From positions 12,524,001 through 12,588,000 of the forward strand of contig OZ024763.1 of assembly GCA_964016885.1 (NCBI GenBank): 64,000 bases of DNA. Reading direction: 5' to 3'. Within the stretch, counting starts at the first letter, position 1; each line of letters begins with the position of its first letter. Of this stretch, positions 42,291-57,376 are shown piece by piece. Below the pieces are notes generated by a model, which worked only from the letters and a program-made list of their open reading frames with translations, was not told the DNA's origin and made no database searches. This stretch comes from Eledone cirrhosa (lineage: Eukaryota). A program made the position numbers and the translations under genes.

Positions 42291-43048
42291 GTGATCTACA
42301 TTTCCCATCTGGCCCCGGTCTATTAGCATCTTTAGTGACCTACATTTCACATCTGGTCTGGGTCTATTACCATCTTTAGTGACCTACATTTCACATCTGG
42401 TCTGGGTCTATTACCATCTTTAGTGACCTACATTTCACATCTGGTCCCGGTCTATTACCACCTTTAGTGACCTACATTTCACATCTGGCCCGGTCTATTA
42501 CCACCTTTAGTGACCTACATTTCACATTTGGCCTGAGTCCATTGGCATCTTTAGTGACCTACATTTCACATCTGGTCTGGGTCTATTACCATCTTTAGTG
42601 ACCTACATTTCACATCTGGCCTGGGTCTATTACCATCTTTAGTGACCTACATTTCACATCTGGCCTGGGTCTATTACCATCTTTAGTGACCTACATTTCA
42701 CATCTGGCCTGGGTCTATTACCATCTTTAGTGACCTACATTTCACATCTGGTCTGGGTCTATTACCATCTTTAGTGACCTACATTTCACATCTGGTCTGG
42801 GTCTATTTCCATCTTTAGTGACCTACATTTCACATCTGGCCTGGGTCTATTACCATCTTTAGTGACCTACATTTCACATCTGGCCTGGGTCTATTACCAT
42901 CTTTAGTGACCTACATTTCACATCTGGTCTGGGTCTATTTCCATCTTTAGTGACCTACATTTCACATCTGGCCTGGGTCTATTACCATATTTAGTGACCT
43001 ACATTTCACATCTGGCCTGGGTCTATTACCATCTTTAGTGACCTACAT
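42291..43048. repeat. 44-bp minisatellite, about 17 copies
   Basis: GTGACCTACATTTCACATCTGG(T/C)CTGGGTCTATTACCATCTTTA; period from 42335 to 42379. Confidence 0.95.
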
Positions 43049-43308
43049 GGTGGGGGTTTATAGGTAGTGTAATAATAGTGTAGTGGTGAGTTAATGGAGA
43101 AGCAGTGGCTCTGTAATGGTGGTGTAGTGGCGGTGAGGTGGTAGTGTAGTAGTAGTGTAGTGGTGTGATAGTGTAGTGGGGTGTAATAGTGTTATGAGAG
43201 TGGCGTGATAGTTGGGGAGAAGAATAAAATGGCGGAAGAAATAAAAAAAATGAAAATCAAATAAATAGAAAGAGTCAAGAACAAATGTTAAAAGACGGAT
43301 ATAGATAG

Positions 43309-43393
<85 letters not shown>

Positions 43394-43504
43394 TAGAGTT
43401 CAAAGACACGTGTGTGTTTGTGCGGAAGAATGTAAGTACATACATACGTATATATATATATATATATATATATACGTATATATATATATATACGTATTTA
43501 TAAG

Positions 43505-43577
<73 letters not shown>

Positions 43578-43682
43578 AGACGACAGTGAGTAGAGAACAA
43601 GGAGAACAAAAACAAAAGAATACAATATAAAAACAAGAAAAAGTATGAAAAACAATAAAAAAACAATAAAGCCAAAATAATA

Positions 43683-45231
43683 ACACAGCCCCACCAACAC
43701 CACCAACATCACCATCAACACAGCACCACCAACATCACCACCAACACCACCATCAACACAGCACCACCAACACCACCACCAACACAGCCCCACCAACACC
43801 ACCACCAACATCACCACCACCACAGCACCACCAACACAACACCACAGCACAGCACCACCAACATCACCATCAACACAGCACCACCAACATCACCACCAAC
43901 ACCACCATCAACACAGCACCACCAACACAGCCCCACCAACACCACCACCACCACCACCAACACAGCCCCACCAACACCACCACAGCACCACCAACACCAC
44001 CACAGCACCACCAACACCACCACCTCCACAGCACCATCAACACAGCACCACCAACACCACCAACACCACCACCAACACAGCACCACCAAAATCACCATCA
44101 ACACATCACCACCAACACAGCCCCACCAACACCACCACCAACACAGCCCCACCAACACCACCATCAACACAGCACCACCAACACCACCATCAACACAGCA
44201 CCACCAACACAACACCACAGCACAGCACCACCAACACCACCACCAACACAACACCACCAACATCACCATCAACACAGCACCACCAACATCACCACAACAC
44301 CACAGCACAGCACTACCAACATCACCACCAACACAGCCCCACCAACACAGCCCCACCAACACCACCAACATCACCACCAACACAGCCCCACCACCACCAC
44401 CACCAACACCACCATCAACACAGCACCACCAACATCACCACCAACACCACCATCAACACAGCACCACCAACACCACCACCAACACAGCCTCACCAACATC
44501 ACCACCACCACAGCACCACCAACACAGCACCACCAACATCACCATCAACACAGCACCACCAACATCACCACCAACACCACCACCAACACAGCCCCACCAA
44601 CACCACCACCAACACCACCACAGCACCACCAACACCACCACAGCACCACCAACACCACCACCTCCACAGCACCATCAACACAGCACCACCAACACCACCA
44701 CAGCACCACCAACACCACCACCAACACAGCACCACCAAAATCACCATCAACACATCACCACCAACACAGCCCCACCAACACCACCACCAACACAGCCCCA
44801 CCAACACCACCATCAACACAGCACCACCAACACCACCATCAACACAGCACCACCAACACAACACCACAGCACAGCACCACCAACACCACCACCAACACAA
44901 CACCACCAACATCACCATCAACACAGCACCACCAACATCACCACAGCACCACCAACACAACACCACAGCACAGCACCACCAACACCACCACGAACACAGC
45001 CCCACCAACACCACCAACATCACCACCAACACAGCCCCAACAACAACAACACCAACAACACCACAACCAATAATACTTACAATGCCACCAACATCACCAC
45101 CCCCCACCAACACCAACATCAACATCACCCTCCCTCCCACCCACCAACACCAACAACAATAACAATAACACCACTACCAACACCGACATCACCCCCCCCC
45201 CCCCACCAACAAAACCACCAACACTCCCCCC

Positions 45232-45263
<32 letters not shown>

Positions 45264-45892
45264 CAACAGCAGCAAAGACCAACAACACCACCATCACCAG
45301 AGCCACCACCACCACCGCCGCCGCCGCTGCCGCTGCCACCACCACCACCAACAACAGCAGCAAACACCACCAATACTACCATCACCAGAGCCAACACCAC
45401 CACCACCGCCGCCAACAGCAGCAAACACCACCAACACCACCAATACTACCAACAACAACAACAACAACAACAACAACTACAACAGCAAACACCACCAACA
45501 CCACCAATACTACCACCACCACCACCACCACCACCGCCACCACCAATAACAACAACAGCAGCAGCAGCAGCAAACACCACCAACACCACCACCACCAACA
45601 ACGCCACCAATACCACCACCACCACCACCACCACCGCCACCACCAATAACAACAACAGCAGCAGCAAACACCACCAACACCACCAATACTACCAACAACA
45701 ACAACAACAACAACAACTACAACAGCAGCAGCAAACACCACCACCACCACCAATACTACCACCACCACCACGACCGCCACCAACAATAACAACAACAGCA
45801 GCAGCAAACACCACCAACACCACCAACACCACCAGTACCACCACCACCACCACCACCACCACCACCAACAACACCAACAACAACAACAACAA
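43683..45892. repeat. (CAC/CAA/ACAGC)n compound low-complexity array with internal block duplications
   Basis: Repeated ACACAGCACCACCAAC motifs, then CAA/CAG/CAC blocks. Confidence 0.92.
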
Positions 45893-46160
45893 GACGTAAA
45901 TCTGAGAAAAAGTTATGCTGTAGTAACGGTAATATTAAACCGTTAATGGTTTAAGCGAATGGTTTGCAAGACTGCTTAATAGAAACAGGAAATTATTTTT
46001 CGAAGACGGAATGGTTGTTTGGAGAATGGCAGGAATAACGATTTAACAGCCAGCTTTACTGTTTAAAATTTGTTCTGTCAATAGGATTTTGTGGGGGTGG
46101 GGTGGAGAGAGAGAGAGAGGGGTGTGGTGTGAGGGGATGAAGGGGAATGAGACATATATA

Positions 46161-46204
<44 letters not shown>

Positions 46205-46282
46205 TAGAGAGAGAAAGAGAGAGGGGGTGGAAGAAAAATAGATATACAGAGGATATATTTCTCTCATACTCGTGTGTGGGTG

Positions 46283-46331
<49 letters not shown>

Positions 46332-46435
46332 TTATATATATATATATATATATATGAATATATATACATATAAATATAAACAGAAAGAGAGATAGACATA
46401 CATGCACACTCATAAATACATTCATTTCTTTCTCT

Positions 46436-46501
<66 letters not shown>

Positions 46502-46691
46502 AAACATTCAAATTTACATACGAACGAAGATACCTACGTTATATATATATATATATATATATAGCGATAACTATCAAATTTACATACGTACGAACATACG
46601 TACTTACGTACAAAATGGCAGACGCATGTTAGGTGAATACCATCTTGTAGAAGAATTATTATCATTATTACTATCATTATCATTATTATTA

Positions 46692-46803
<112 letters not shown>

Positions 46804-47108
46804 TGTGTGTGTGTGCGTGTGTGTGTGTTTTTATGTGTGAGTTTTCCACTTTGCTTTTGTAAGCGAACTGTAAAATAACTTCTGACAACGACGACATCTT
46901 CGTATCTTCGTACTTCGCCTTCCATTTTCTTTTTCTTTCGTTTGTGTGTAGTGTATGTCTGTATTTGTTTGTTTGTACATCTGTATGCATGTATGAATCT
47001 ATGTATGCATGCATATTATGTATGTGTATATATGTACTTGCAAGCGCATCCATTTGTATATATGTATATATATATTTGAATATATATGTACTTGTATTTG
47101 TATACATT

Positions 47109-47166
<58 letters not shown>

Positions 47167-47274
47167 CGTTTGTATATATGTATACGTATATATACATATA
47201 TACGTTTGTATATATGTATACGTATATATACATATATACGTTTGTATATATGTATACGTATATATACATATACG

Positions 47275-47398
<124 letters not shown>

Positions 47399-47517
47399 CG
47401 TTTGTATATATGTATACGTATATATACATATATACGTTTGTATATATGTATACGTATATATACATATACGTATATATATATATATATTATATATATATAT
47501 ATATACATATACGTATA

Positions 47518-47567
<50 letters not shown>

Positions 47568-47701
47568 TATTTATATATATAAATATATTTATATTTATAC
47601 ATATATATTTATATTTATATATATATGGATATATATATATATATATGTATTTGTGTATATGTATTTATGTATATAAATATATATATGTATATATAATTAT
47701 A

Positions 47702-47733
<32 letters not shown>

Positions 47734-47866
47734 CATACATATATACAAATGTATATATATATGTATTTATGTATAAGTATTTATGATTATATATATATAT
47801 TTATTTATATATATAGTATATATAGTGTGTGTGTGTACGTATGGTTATATTACTATTTTGTATTGA

Positions 47867-47911
<45 letters not shown>

Positions 47912-48036
47912 CATATATATACATACACACACACACATATATATATAAATACACACACATACACACATATACCACGCATACAAATATTAAACAACATACA
48001 TACAGATGTACATATATATCTATATATATCTATATA

Positions 48037-48086
<50 letters not shown>

Positions 48087-48401
48087 CATACATACATACA
48101 TACATGAATGTATGTGTCTGTGCTTGTGTGTACGTCGTGTTTTATGTAAACGGAAGTGGTAGCATATAAAATGGCGGATATGGCTTACTTTGTTCTGTGT
48201 TTGTTCAGTGGAATTTATTGAAAGCAATGAATTAAGAAATGGATTCCTACGACTGTCGGCTGCTTTGAAAGGAGAAGAAAAAATAAACGAAAAGGAAAAA
48301 TGGTGTTCACATGACGGTCGTTATCCGAGCTATAAATGTATATATTTATATATATATATACATAGATATATGTATATATATATATAAATATACATACGAA
48401 T

Positions 48402-48460
<59 letters not shown>

Positions 48461-48561
48461 TATATAAGAATATACATGTATATATATATATATATATATA
48501 AATATACATAAGAATATACATGTATATATATATATATATATAAATATACATAAGAATATAA

Positions 48562-48598
<37 letters not shown>

Positions 48599-48649
48599 TA
48601 CATAAGAATATACATCTATATATATATATATATATACATACAAATATAC

Positions 48650-48696
<47 letters not shown>

Positions 48697-48893
48697 CATA
48701 CATATATATATACATACACATACATACACACACACACATATATATATATACATAAATATACATATTTATACATATATATAAATATATATATGTATATATA
48801 TACAGTATGTATATATCTATGTATATATATATGTATACGTATATATGTACATATGTATATATATAGGTATATACATATATATATATGTATATG

Positions 48894-48937
<44 letters not shown>

Positions 48938-49550
48938 CGTGTGCACTTCTAAGTCTTATATAGTTATATATACAGAAACAGAGTTATATATGTGTGTATA
49001 TGTGTGTATATGAGTTATATAAGTTTTTGTTTTATTAGTTAGTGTGCGGTGACTTTTATACACCCATACTGTGTATGACTATATACAGAATTATATGTAT
49101 TATATATATACTATATATATATTATATATATATACTATATATATACTATATATATATATTATATATATACTATATATATATATTATATATATACTATATA
49201 TACACTATATATATATTATATATATACTATATATATATTATATATATATAATATATATACTATATATATATTATATATATATACTATATATATACTATAT
49301 ATATATATACTATATATATATATTATATATATACTATATATATATATATTATATATATACTATATATATATATATTATATATATACTATATATATATATT
49401 ATATATATACTATATATATATATTATATATATACTATATATATATATTATATATATACTATATATACACTATCTATATATTATATATATACTATATATAT
49501 ATTATATATATACTATATATATATACTATATATATATTATATATATCTCT

Positions 49551-49858
49551 CTAAGGCGGGTAAAATTCCCGAGATCCATGGACGATTTCTCTCCAGCGGT
49601 CTCTGTCCCTCATTATCGCTGCCATGTCCTGCATCTCCAACAGACCAGTGTCTGTCCTTAGGGCATCAACATACGTTAACCTTGGTCTTCCTCTTCTAGT
49701 GTGTCCATGTACATTAATCAGTATACACTGAGGATGAAAAACTCAGAGCTGTATGGGAGCATCCCAAAAGTCAGCTCAAAAGTGACACAGAGGAGACTGA
49801 GGTTAGCTGGACATGCTCACCGACATTGCACTCAGTACTCCTTTGGGAGCCCCTACAT
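49551..49858 (-). mobile_element. RTE-like family R copy with 5' inversion
   Basis: 49551-49710 is the 3' end on the minus strand; 49711-49858 is the adjacent upstream segment on the plus strand. Confidence 0.88.
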
Positions 49859-49932
49859 TATATATATATACTATATATATATTATATATATACTATATAT
49901 ATATATTATATATATACTATATATATTATACA

Positions 49933-50122
49933 AGGGCGGTGGATTGGCAGTATCGGTAGAGGGTTTGACGCCATGCTTTCCAGCATAGTTACGTCCCTTT
50001 ATGATCTGAGTTCAAATCCCGCCGAGGTTGACTTTTCCTTTCATCCTTACAGGGTCGATAAAATAAAGTACCAGTAATGCACTGGGTAATTGCTGGCTTT
50101 GTGCCTAAAGTAGAAACAATTA
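49933..50122 (+). mobile_element. SINE family A (near full length)
   Basis: GGCGGTGGATTGGCAGTATCGG ... GAGTTCAAATCC ... AGTAGAAACAATT. Confidence 0.9.
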
Positions 50123-50163
50123 TATATATTATATATATAATATATATATATATGTATTATATA

Positions 50164-50204
<41 letters not shown>

Positions 50205-50214
50205 GTATTATATA

Positions 50215-50253
<39 letters not shown>

Positions 50254-50275
50254 GTATTATATATATATATATGTA

Positions 50276-50523
50276 TAGGGCGGGTAAAATTCCCGAGCAC
50301 CATGGACGAGTTCTCTCCAGCGGTCTCTGTCCCTCATTATCGCTGCCATGTCCTGCGTCTCCAACAGACCAGTGTCTGTCCTTAGAGCATCAACATACGT
50401 TAAATTCGGTCTTCCTCTTCCAGTGTGTCCATGTAGGGGCTCCCACAGAAGCACTGAGTGCAGTGTTTAACTCTGAATGTCGGTGAGCATGTCCAGCTAA
50501 CCTCAGTCTCCTCTGTGTCACTT
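50276..50523 (-). mobile_element. RTE-like family R 3' fragment
   Basis: LLWEPLHGHTGRGRP.LTYVDALRTDTG...REFYPP, abutting (TA)n. Confidence 0.9.
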
Positions 50524-50745
50524 AATATATATATAATATATATATAGTTATATATATATATATATATAATTGTTTCTACTTTAGGCACAAGGACAGTACA
50601 TTACTGGTACTTTATATTATCGACCCCAATGTGTACATATATATATAGTTATATATATATATATATATATAATGTGTGTATATATATATACACACATATA
50701 TATATATACATATACATATATATATATACTATATATATATATATA

Positions 50746-50935
50746 TAATTGTTTCTACTTTTGGCACAAGGCCAGCAATTACCCCAGTACATTGCTGGTA
50801 CTTTATTTTATTGACCCCGTTAGGATGAAAGGCAAAGTCAACCTCGGCGGGATTTGAACTCAGATCATAAAGGGACGTAACTATGCTAGAAAGCATGGCG
50901 TCCAGCCCTCTACCGATACTGCCAATCCACCGTCC
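50746..50935 (-). mobile_element. SINE family A (plus a deleted fragment at 50568-50627)
   Basis: Inverted near-copy of 49933-50122. Confidence 0.9.
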
Positions 50936-51014
50936 TGATGCATATATATATATATAGGAGGGAGTAGGACCCCGACGGCTGAGCTCAAGTCGTTTCGACG
51001 GCTATTTCTGGACT

Positions 51015-51060
<46 letters not shown>

Positions 51061-51319
51061 GTGCACTTCTATGTCTTTTATAGTAATATATATACATACA
51101 GGTGCATAATTTGTATTTTATTAGTGTGTGTGTGTGTGTGAGTGCATGTGTGTGAAATTTTCCATTGCCCTCAGCATCATCATCATCATCATCATCACTA
51201 TTATGAATAACAACAACCCCATCCATATATATATATGTATGTGTGTGTGTGTATGTATATATATATGTATATATATATGTATATTTATTTATGTATTTAT
51301 GTATATATATATATGTATT

Positions 51320-51361
<42 letters not shown>

Positions 51362-51379
51362 TATATATATATATTATAT

Positions 51380-51412
<33 letters not shown>

Positions 51413-51589
51413 TTGCATATGAATAATATAGATGTATATATAATTCTGTATATATACATACATACACAGTGTGGGTGTATAAAAGTCACCGCACACCAAC
51501 TAATAAAACAAAAACTTATATAACTCATATAAACACACATATATAACTCTGTTTCTGTATATAACTATATAAGACTTAGAAGTGCACAC

Positions 51590-51628
<39 letters not shown>

Positions 51629-51681
51629 CATACATACATACATATGCATACATACATATATAAGACTTAGAAGTGCACACG

Positions 51682-51723
<42 letters not shown>

Positions 51724-52125
51724 CATACATACATACATATGCATACATACATATGTGTCTATTTACATATATGTGTGTGTATATACATATATATATGTAT
51801 ATACATATATGTATATACATATATATGTGTATATATATATACATATATATATATGTATATACATATATATGTGTGTATATATATACATATATATGTGTAT
51901 ATATATATACATATATATATATATAATTATATATGTATATACATATAAATGTATATACATATATATGTGTGTATATATATATACATATATATATATAATT
52001 ATATGTATATACATATATCTGTATACACATATATATGTATATACATATATATATACATATATATGCATATGTATATACATACATATATATATCTATATTC
52101 ATATATATATATACATATATATATG

Positions 52126-52178
<53 letters not shown>

Positions 52179-52470
52179 ATAGATATATATGTATATACAT
52201 ATGCATATGCTTATATATGTATAATATACATGTATGTATAATTGTATATATACAGCCCCAATGTCTCTGTGTACACAGTCACCTCATCATAGGTCGAGTT
52301 AACTGTTTACAAACGAGACGCCGGTAGTGAGGTGGTGGTTGTATTGGTGGTGTAGTGGGAGACGCCGGTCTTTCATTCACCGCGTTTGTTGTTTGCAGTC
52401 TTTCTAGTCTAGTTCTTATTAAATCGTTCCTCATTCATACAAACGCTTCTTTGATGAAGAAAATAGCTCT

Positions 52471-52487
52471 CAGCGCCATCTAGTGGC
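52471..52487 (-). promoter_or_regulatory. CTCF-like binding motif
   Basis: Minus strand GCCACTAGATGGCGCTG closely matches the CTCF core consensus; a degenerate paralog lies at 53226-53242. Confidence 0.55.
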
Positions 52488-52549
52488 TGGTAATGAGGAA
52501 ACCTTAGTACATACAAGTTGTGTTACTCTCCTGGTATTCTCGCCATTGT

Positions 52550-53150
52550 ATGGCCGAATGGTTAAGATGTTTGTTTGGATGGCAATCATCAGCTGCCGGG
52601 TTCGATCATACTAGGTACCATCTTGAGCAAGTGGCTTTTGCCATAGCCTGATATATCCATGCCGCGTGAGTGAAATATGGTAGGCAGAATCTGTTTGGAA
52701 GCCCGCCAGACGTATGAATTCTATCTGCAATTCAAAAGTCCAACATTATCAAATACTGCGTCAGACCGAATCTCGCTGAGAACTATGTCAGGGGTACATA
52801 TGTCTGTGGAATACTCGGACACTTGCACTATGATACAAGATAGACTATAGCTTTAATTCAAAGATCTAACCTTGTCACACACTATGCCACACTGAATCTC
52901 CCTGAGAACTATGTAAGGGGTACACATGTCTTTAGAATGCTCAGACACTTGCACTATGATATAACATATACTGCAGCTGTAATTCAAAAGGTCTAACCTT
53001 GTCAAATACTATGGCCACACTGAATCTATAAGAAATATACTATAGATCCATCTGTCTGTGGAATGCTCAGCCACTTGCACGTTACTGTCAGGAGGAGGCT
53101 GTTCTGTTGATCGAACAACAGCAACATTCATCGTGGAAACCAACGGAGAT
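52550..53150 (+). mobile_element. Degenerate tRNA-derived SINE followed by ~3 units of the CTGAATCTCCCTGAGA repeat
   Basis: TGGCCGAATGG (A box), GGGTTCGATC (B box), CTTGAGCAAGT...GAAGCCCG; repeated CACTTGCAC blocks downstream. Confidence 0.7.
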
Positions 53151-53304
53151 CCGTTCCATATTCTTCTTAAAAGGTTTCCGGCAAATTCAAGCGTTTAATT
53201 GTAAAAAAGAAAGAAAGTAAACACTCAGCGACACCTAGCAGCGAGCAATGAAGAAACCTTAGTACATATCACTATAAGACTTGGTAAATTAGCCGACATA
53301 TTGC

Positions 53305-53346
<42 letters not shown>

Positions 53347-53377
53347 ATATATATTTATACACACAGACATATATATA

Positions 53378-53430
<53 letters not shown>

Positions 53431-53486
53431 TTATACACACAGACATATATATTTATATATTCATATATATATATTTATATATATAT

Positions 53487-53531
<45 letters not shown>

Positions 53532-53607
53532 TATATTTATATATATATACACACATATATATTTATATATATATACACACATATATGTTTATATATACAC
53601 ACACACA

Positions 53608-53673
<66 letters not shown>

Positions 53674-53810
53674 TATATATATATTTATATAAATATATAT
53701 ACACATAATACGTATAATAAAATATGAGGAAAAATATCAAATATATGGAACTCTTATAACCATCTTTATTTCATCTTTATACATATATTTATATATATGT
53801 TATATATATA

Positions 53811-53845
<35 letters not shown>

Positions 53846-53848
<3 letters not shown>

Positions 53849-54262
53849 GATATTAAATAAATGGAAACTATATTTATAAAACCATATTTATTTCATTATA
53901 TATATTTCAGGGATATCATATTAACAATATGTTATGCCTTCTTCAGACAAAATACAATATAGACAGTTTTATAGATAAATAGATTTGACATACCGTTCAA
54001 CATCGACTTGTATTTGAAAAAGTTGATTTGGCAGTCAAATACAAGTCGATGTTGAACGGCATGTCAAATCTATTTATCTATAAAACTGTCTATATTGTAT
54101 TTTGTCTGAAGAAGGCATAACATATTGTTAATATGATATCCCTGAAATATATATAATGAAATAAATATGGTTTTATAAATATAGTTTCCATTTATTTAAT
54201 ATCGTAAATATACTCCAAATACTTGTTGAGTGCTTTTATATCAGTTATAAATATAACTTTCC

Positions 54263-54263
<1 letters not shown>
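53846..54263. mobile_element. 172-bp-arm foldback element with a hammerhead in each arm and a 3' tail
   Basis: 53846-54017 / 54035-54206, one mismatch, 17-nt loop; TTTTGT-CTGAAGA-AGG..CCT-GAAA-TATATA-TA-ATGAAA at 54100-54161. Confidence 0.85.
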
Positions 54264-54309
<46 letters not shown>

Positions 54310-54351
54310 ATATATGTATATATTAATACACAAATATATATATATATACAC

Positions 54352-54402
<51 letters not shown>

Positions 54403-54800
54403 CGAAGGAATTGTGGTAAGGAACCAGATGGACCATAACGCACCAGAGTACTCAATACTTAGGGTAGTAGAGCGGGTAATAGGAAAATAGGGGTGGGTCA
54501 TACGATTTCCTATATATATATATATAGTGATATTTGTATATATGATATTTGTATATATATATGTATACGTATATGTAATGATATTTGTATATATATTTAT
54601 ACAAATATATATATAAATATATATTATTTATTTATTTTTGTATTGTTTATAAGTTCGCAGTCAAATGGTTTCATATGGCAACTTAGTTCTGTTTTCATAG
54701 TTCGGGTATATGTATGTATGTATGTGTGGATGTATGTATGTGTATGCATGTATCTATATGTGTATGCATGCATGTATGTGTGTGTGCCTGTATGTATATA

Positions 54801-54836
<36 letters not shown>

Positions 54837-55089
54837 CACTTATATATGTGTGTGAGCCTATATTTACCAGCACCAATACCACCACCAATATAAACAACAA
54901 CAACAACATAAAAGAGTAATAAAAGTTACAATCAACGTATCTGGCGATGTAATACAAACTAAAAGAAAGGGAGGTAATCATGTAATTTTGACACGATGCC
55001 CTCAGCCATCTTCCAAAAACAAATCATGTAAACCTATCTGCTTTTTCTTTTGGCAGCATTTCAAAGCCAATTAGGTGCTGGGTCGTTGT

Positions 55090-56000
55090 TCTCTCTCTCT
55101 CTCTCTCACTCTCTCTGTCTTCCTTACTCTCTCTCTCTCACTCTCTCTGTCTTCCTTACTCTCTCTCAGTCTTCCTTACTCTCTCTCTTTCACTCTCTCT
55201 GTCTTCCTTACTCTCTCTCTCTCCCTCACTCTCTCTCTCTTCCACACTCTCTGTCTCCCATACTCTCTTTCTCTGTCTCCCCCCTCTCTCTCCCTTTCTC
55301 TCTCCCTTACTCTCACTGTCTCTCATTCTCTCTCCCTTACTCTCTGTCTCCCTCACACTGTCTCCTTTACTCTCTCTGTCTCCCCCACACTCTTTCTGTC
55401 TCCCTTTCTCTCTCTCTCTCCCTTACTCTCTCTCTCTCCCTCACACTGTCTCCTTTACTCTCTCTGTCTCCCCCACACTCTTTCTGTCTCCCTTTCTCTC
55501 TCTCTCTCCCTTACTCTCTCTGTCTCCCTCACACTGTCTCCTTTACTCTCTCTGTCTCCTTTACTCTCTCTGTCTCCCCCACACTCTTTCTGTCTCCCTT
55601 TCTCTCTCTCTCTCCCTTACTCTCTCTGTCTCCCTCACACTGTCTCCTTTACTCTCTGTCTCCCCCACACTCCCTCTCTCCCTCACACTCCCTCTCTCCC
55701 CTACTCTCTCTGTCTCGCTCACACTCACTCCCTCCCTCCCCTTTGTGTCTGTCTATCTATCACTCCCTCTCTCTCACCAAGTCTCCCCCCCCCATCTTTG
55801 TGCCTCTATGTATCTATCTCTATCTCTCTTTACACCTTTCTTTCTGCCTCCCCCTCTCTCTGTCTCTACCCTTTCTCCCCCTGTCTGTCCGCCTCTCTTT
55901 CTCTCTGTAGATCTCTCTCTCTCTCTGTCTTTGTATTTCTCTTTCTCCCCTTCTTTCTCTACTTCTCTCTGTCTATCTCTCCCTCTCTCTCTCTCTGTCT
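55090..56000. repeat. CT-rich compound minisatellite
   Basis: CCTTACTCTCTCTGTCTCCC..CACAC units. Confidence 0.9.
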
Positions 56001-56019
56001 CCAAACACTCAATGAATAA

Positions 56020-57150
56020 GTAACTACTACTACTACTACAACTACTACTACCACCACCACTGCCACTACTATTACTACTACCACCCCCACTACCGCTACC
56101 ACCACTACTACTACTACCACTACTACAAATATTACTACCACTACCACCCCCACTACCGCTACGACCACTACTACTACTATAACTACTATACTACTACCAC
56201 TACTACAAATATTACTACCACGACGACAACTACTACTACCACCGCCACTACCACCACTACAACTACTACTACCACCGCCACTACCACCACTACCACTACC
56301 ACCACCACTACAACTACTACTACCACCGCCACTACCACCACTACAACTACTACCACCACCGCCACTACCACCACTACAACTACTACTACCACCGCCACTA
56401 CCACCACTACAACTACTACCACCACCGCCACTACCACCACTACAACTACTACCACCACCGCCACTACCACCACTACAACTACTACCACCACCGCCACTAC
56501 CACCACTACAACTACTACCACCACCGCCACTACCACCACTACAACTACTACTACCACCGCCACTACCACCACTACAACTACTACCACCACCGCCACTACC
56601 ACCACTACAACTACTACTACCACCGCCACTACCACCACTACAACTACTACTACCACCGCCACTACCACCACTACAACTACTACTACCACCGCCACTACCA
56701 CCACTACAACTACTACCACCACCGCCACTACCACCACTACAACTACTACCACCACCGCCACTACCACCACTACAACTACTACTACCACCGCCACTACCAC
56801 CACTACAACTACTACCACCACCGCCACTACCACCACTACAACTACTACTACCACCGCCACTACCACCACTACAACTACTACCACCACCGCCACTACCACC
56901 ACTACAACTACTACTACCACCGCCACTACCACCACTACAACTACTACTACCACCGCCACTACCACCACTACAACTACTACTACCACCGCCACTACCACCA
57001 CTACAACTACTACTACCACCGCCACTACCACCACTACAACTACTACCACCACCGCCACTACCACCACTACAACTACTACCACCACCGCCACTACCACCAC
57101 TACAACTACTACTACCACCGCCACTACCACCACTACAACTACTACCACCA
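56020..57150. repeat. 33-bp minisatellite (CCACCGCCACTACCACCACTACAACTACTACYA)n
   Basis: Highly homogeneous core of roughly 27 units; source of the GGSGGGSSSCS ORF artefact. Confidence 0.95.
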
Positions 57151-57361
57151 CTTGGTCGTCTGACATCTTTGGTCATGTGAGAGAGAGAGAACATGACACA
57201 TCAATCCGTTTAGTATACACGTGACCTCCTGCAGCGTTGATGTCGGCAATATACTTGCAGGTGTGTTGGGGGGGGGGATTCTCTAGTGTGATGTAGGGCT
57301 TCTGTTGTGTCTCTGTCTGACAATATATATTAACTCTCTCTCTTTAATTCTCACATCCCAG

Positions 57362-57376
57362 ACACACATTAAGACG
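57362..57376 (+). other. Candidate 15-nt microexon
   Basis: TTAAC branch-like site, polypyrimidine tract, CAG | ACACACATTAAGACG | GTGAGT. Confidence 0.4.

Noticed and set aside
42291-43048. CRISPR-like regular arrays (also 25311-26101)
   Set aside because: Head-to-tail units with no unique spacers, no cas genes, eukaryotic context.
55959-57194. GGSGGGSSSCS loricrin-like ORF
   Set aside because: Homogeneous 33-bp minisatellite open in several frames; no signal peptide or credible gene structure.
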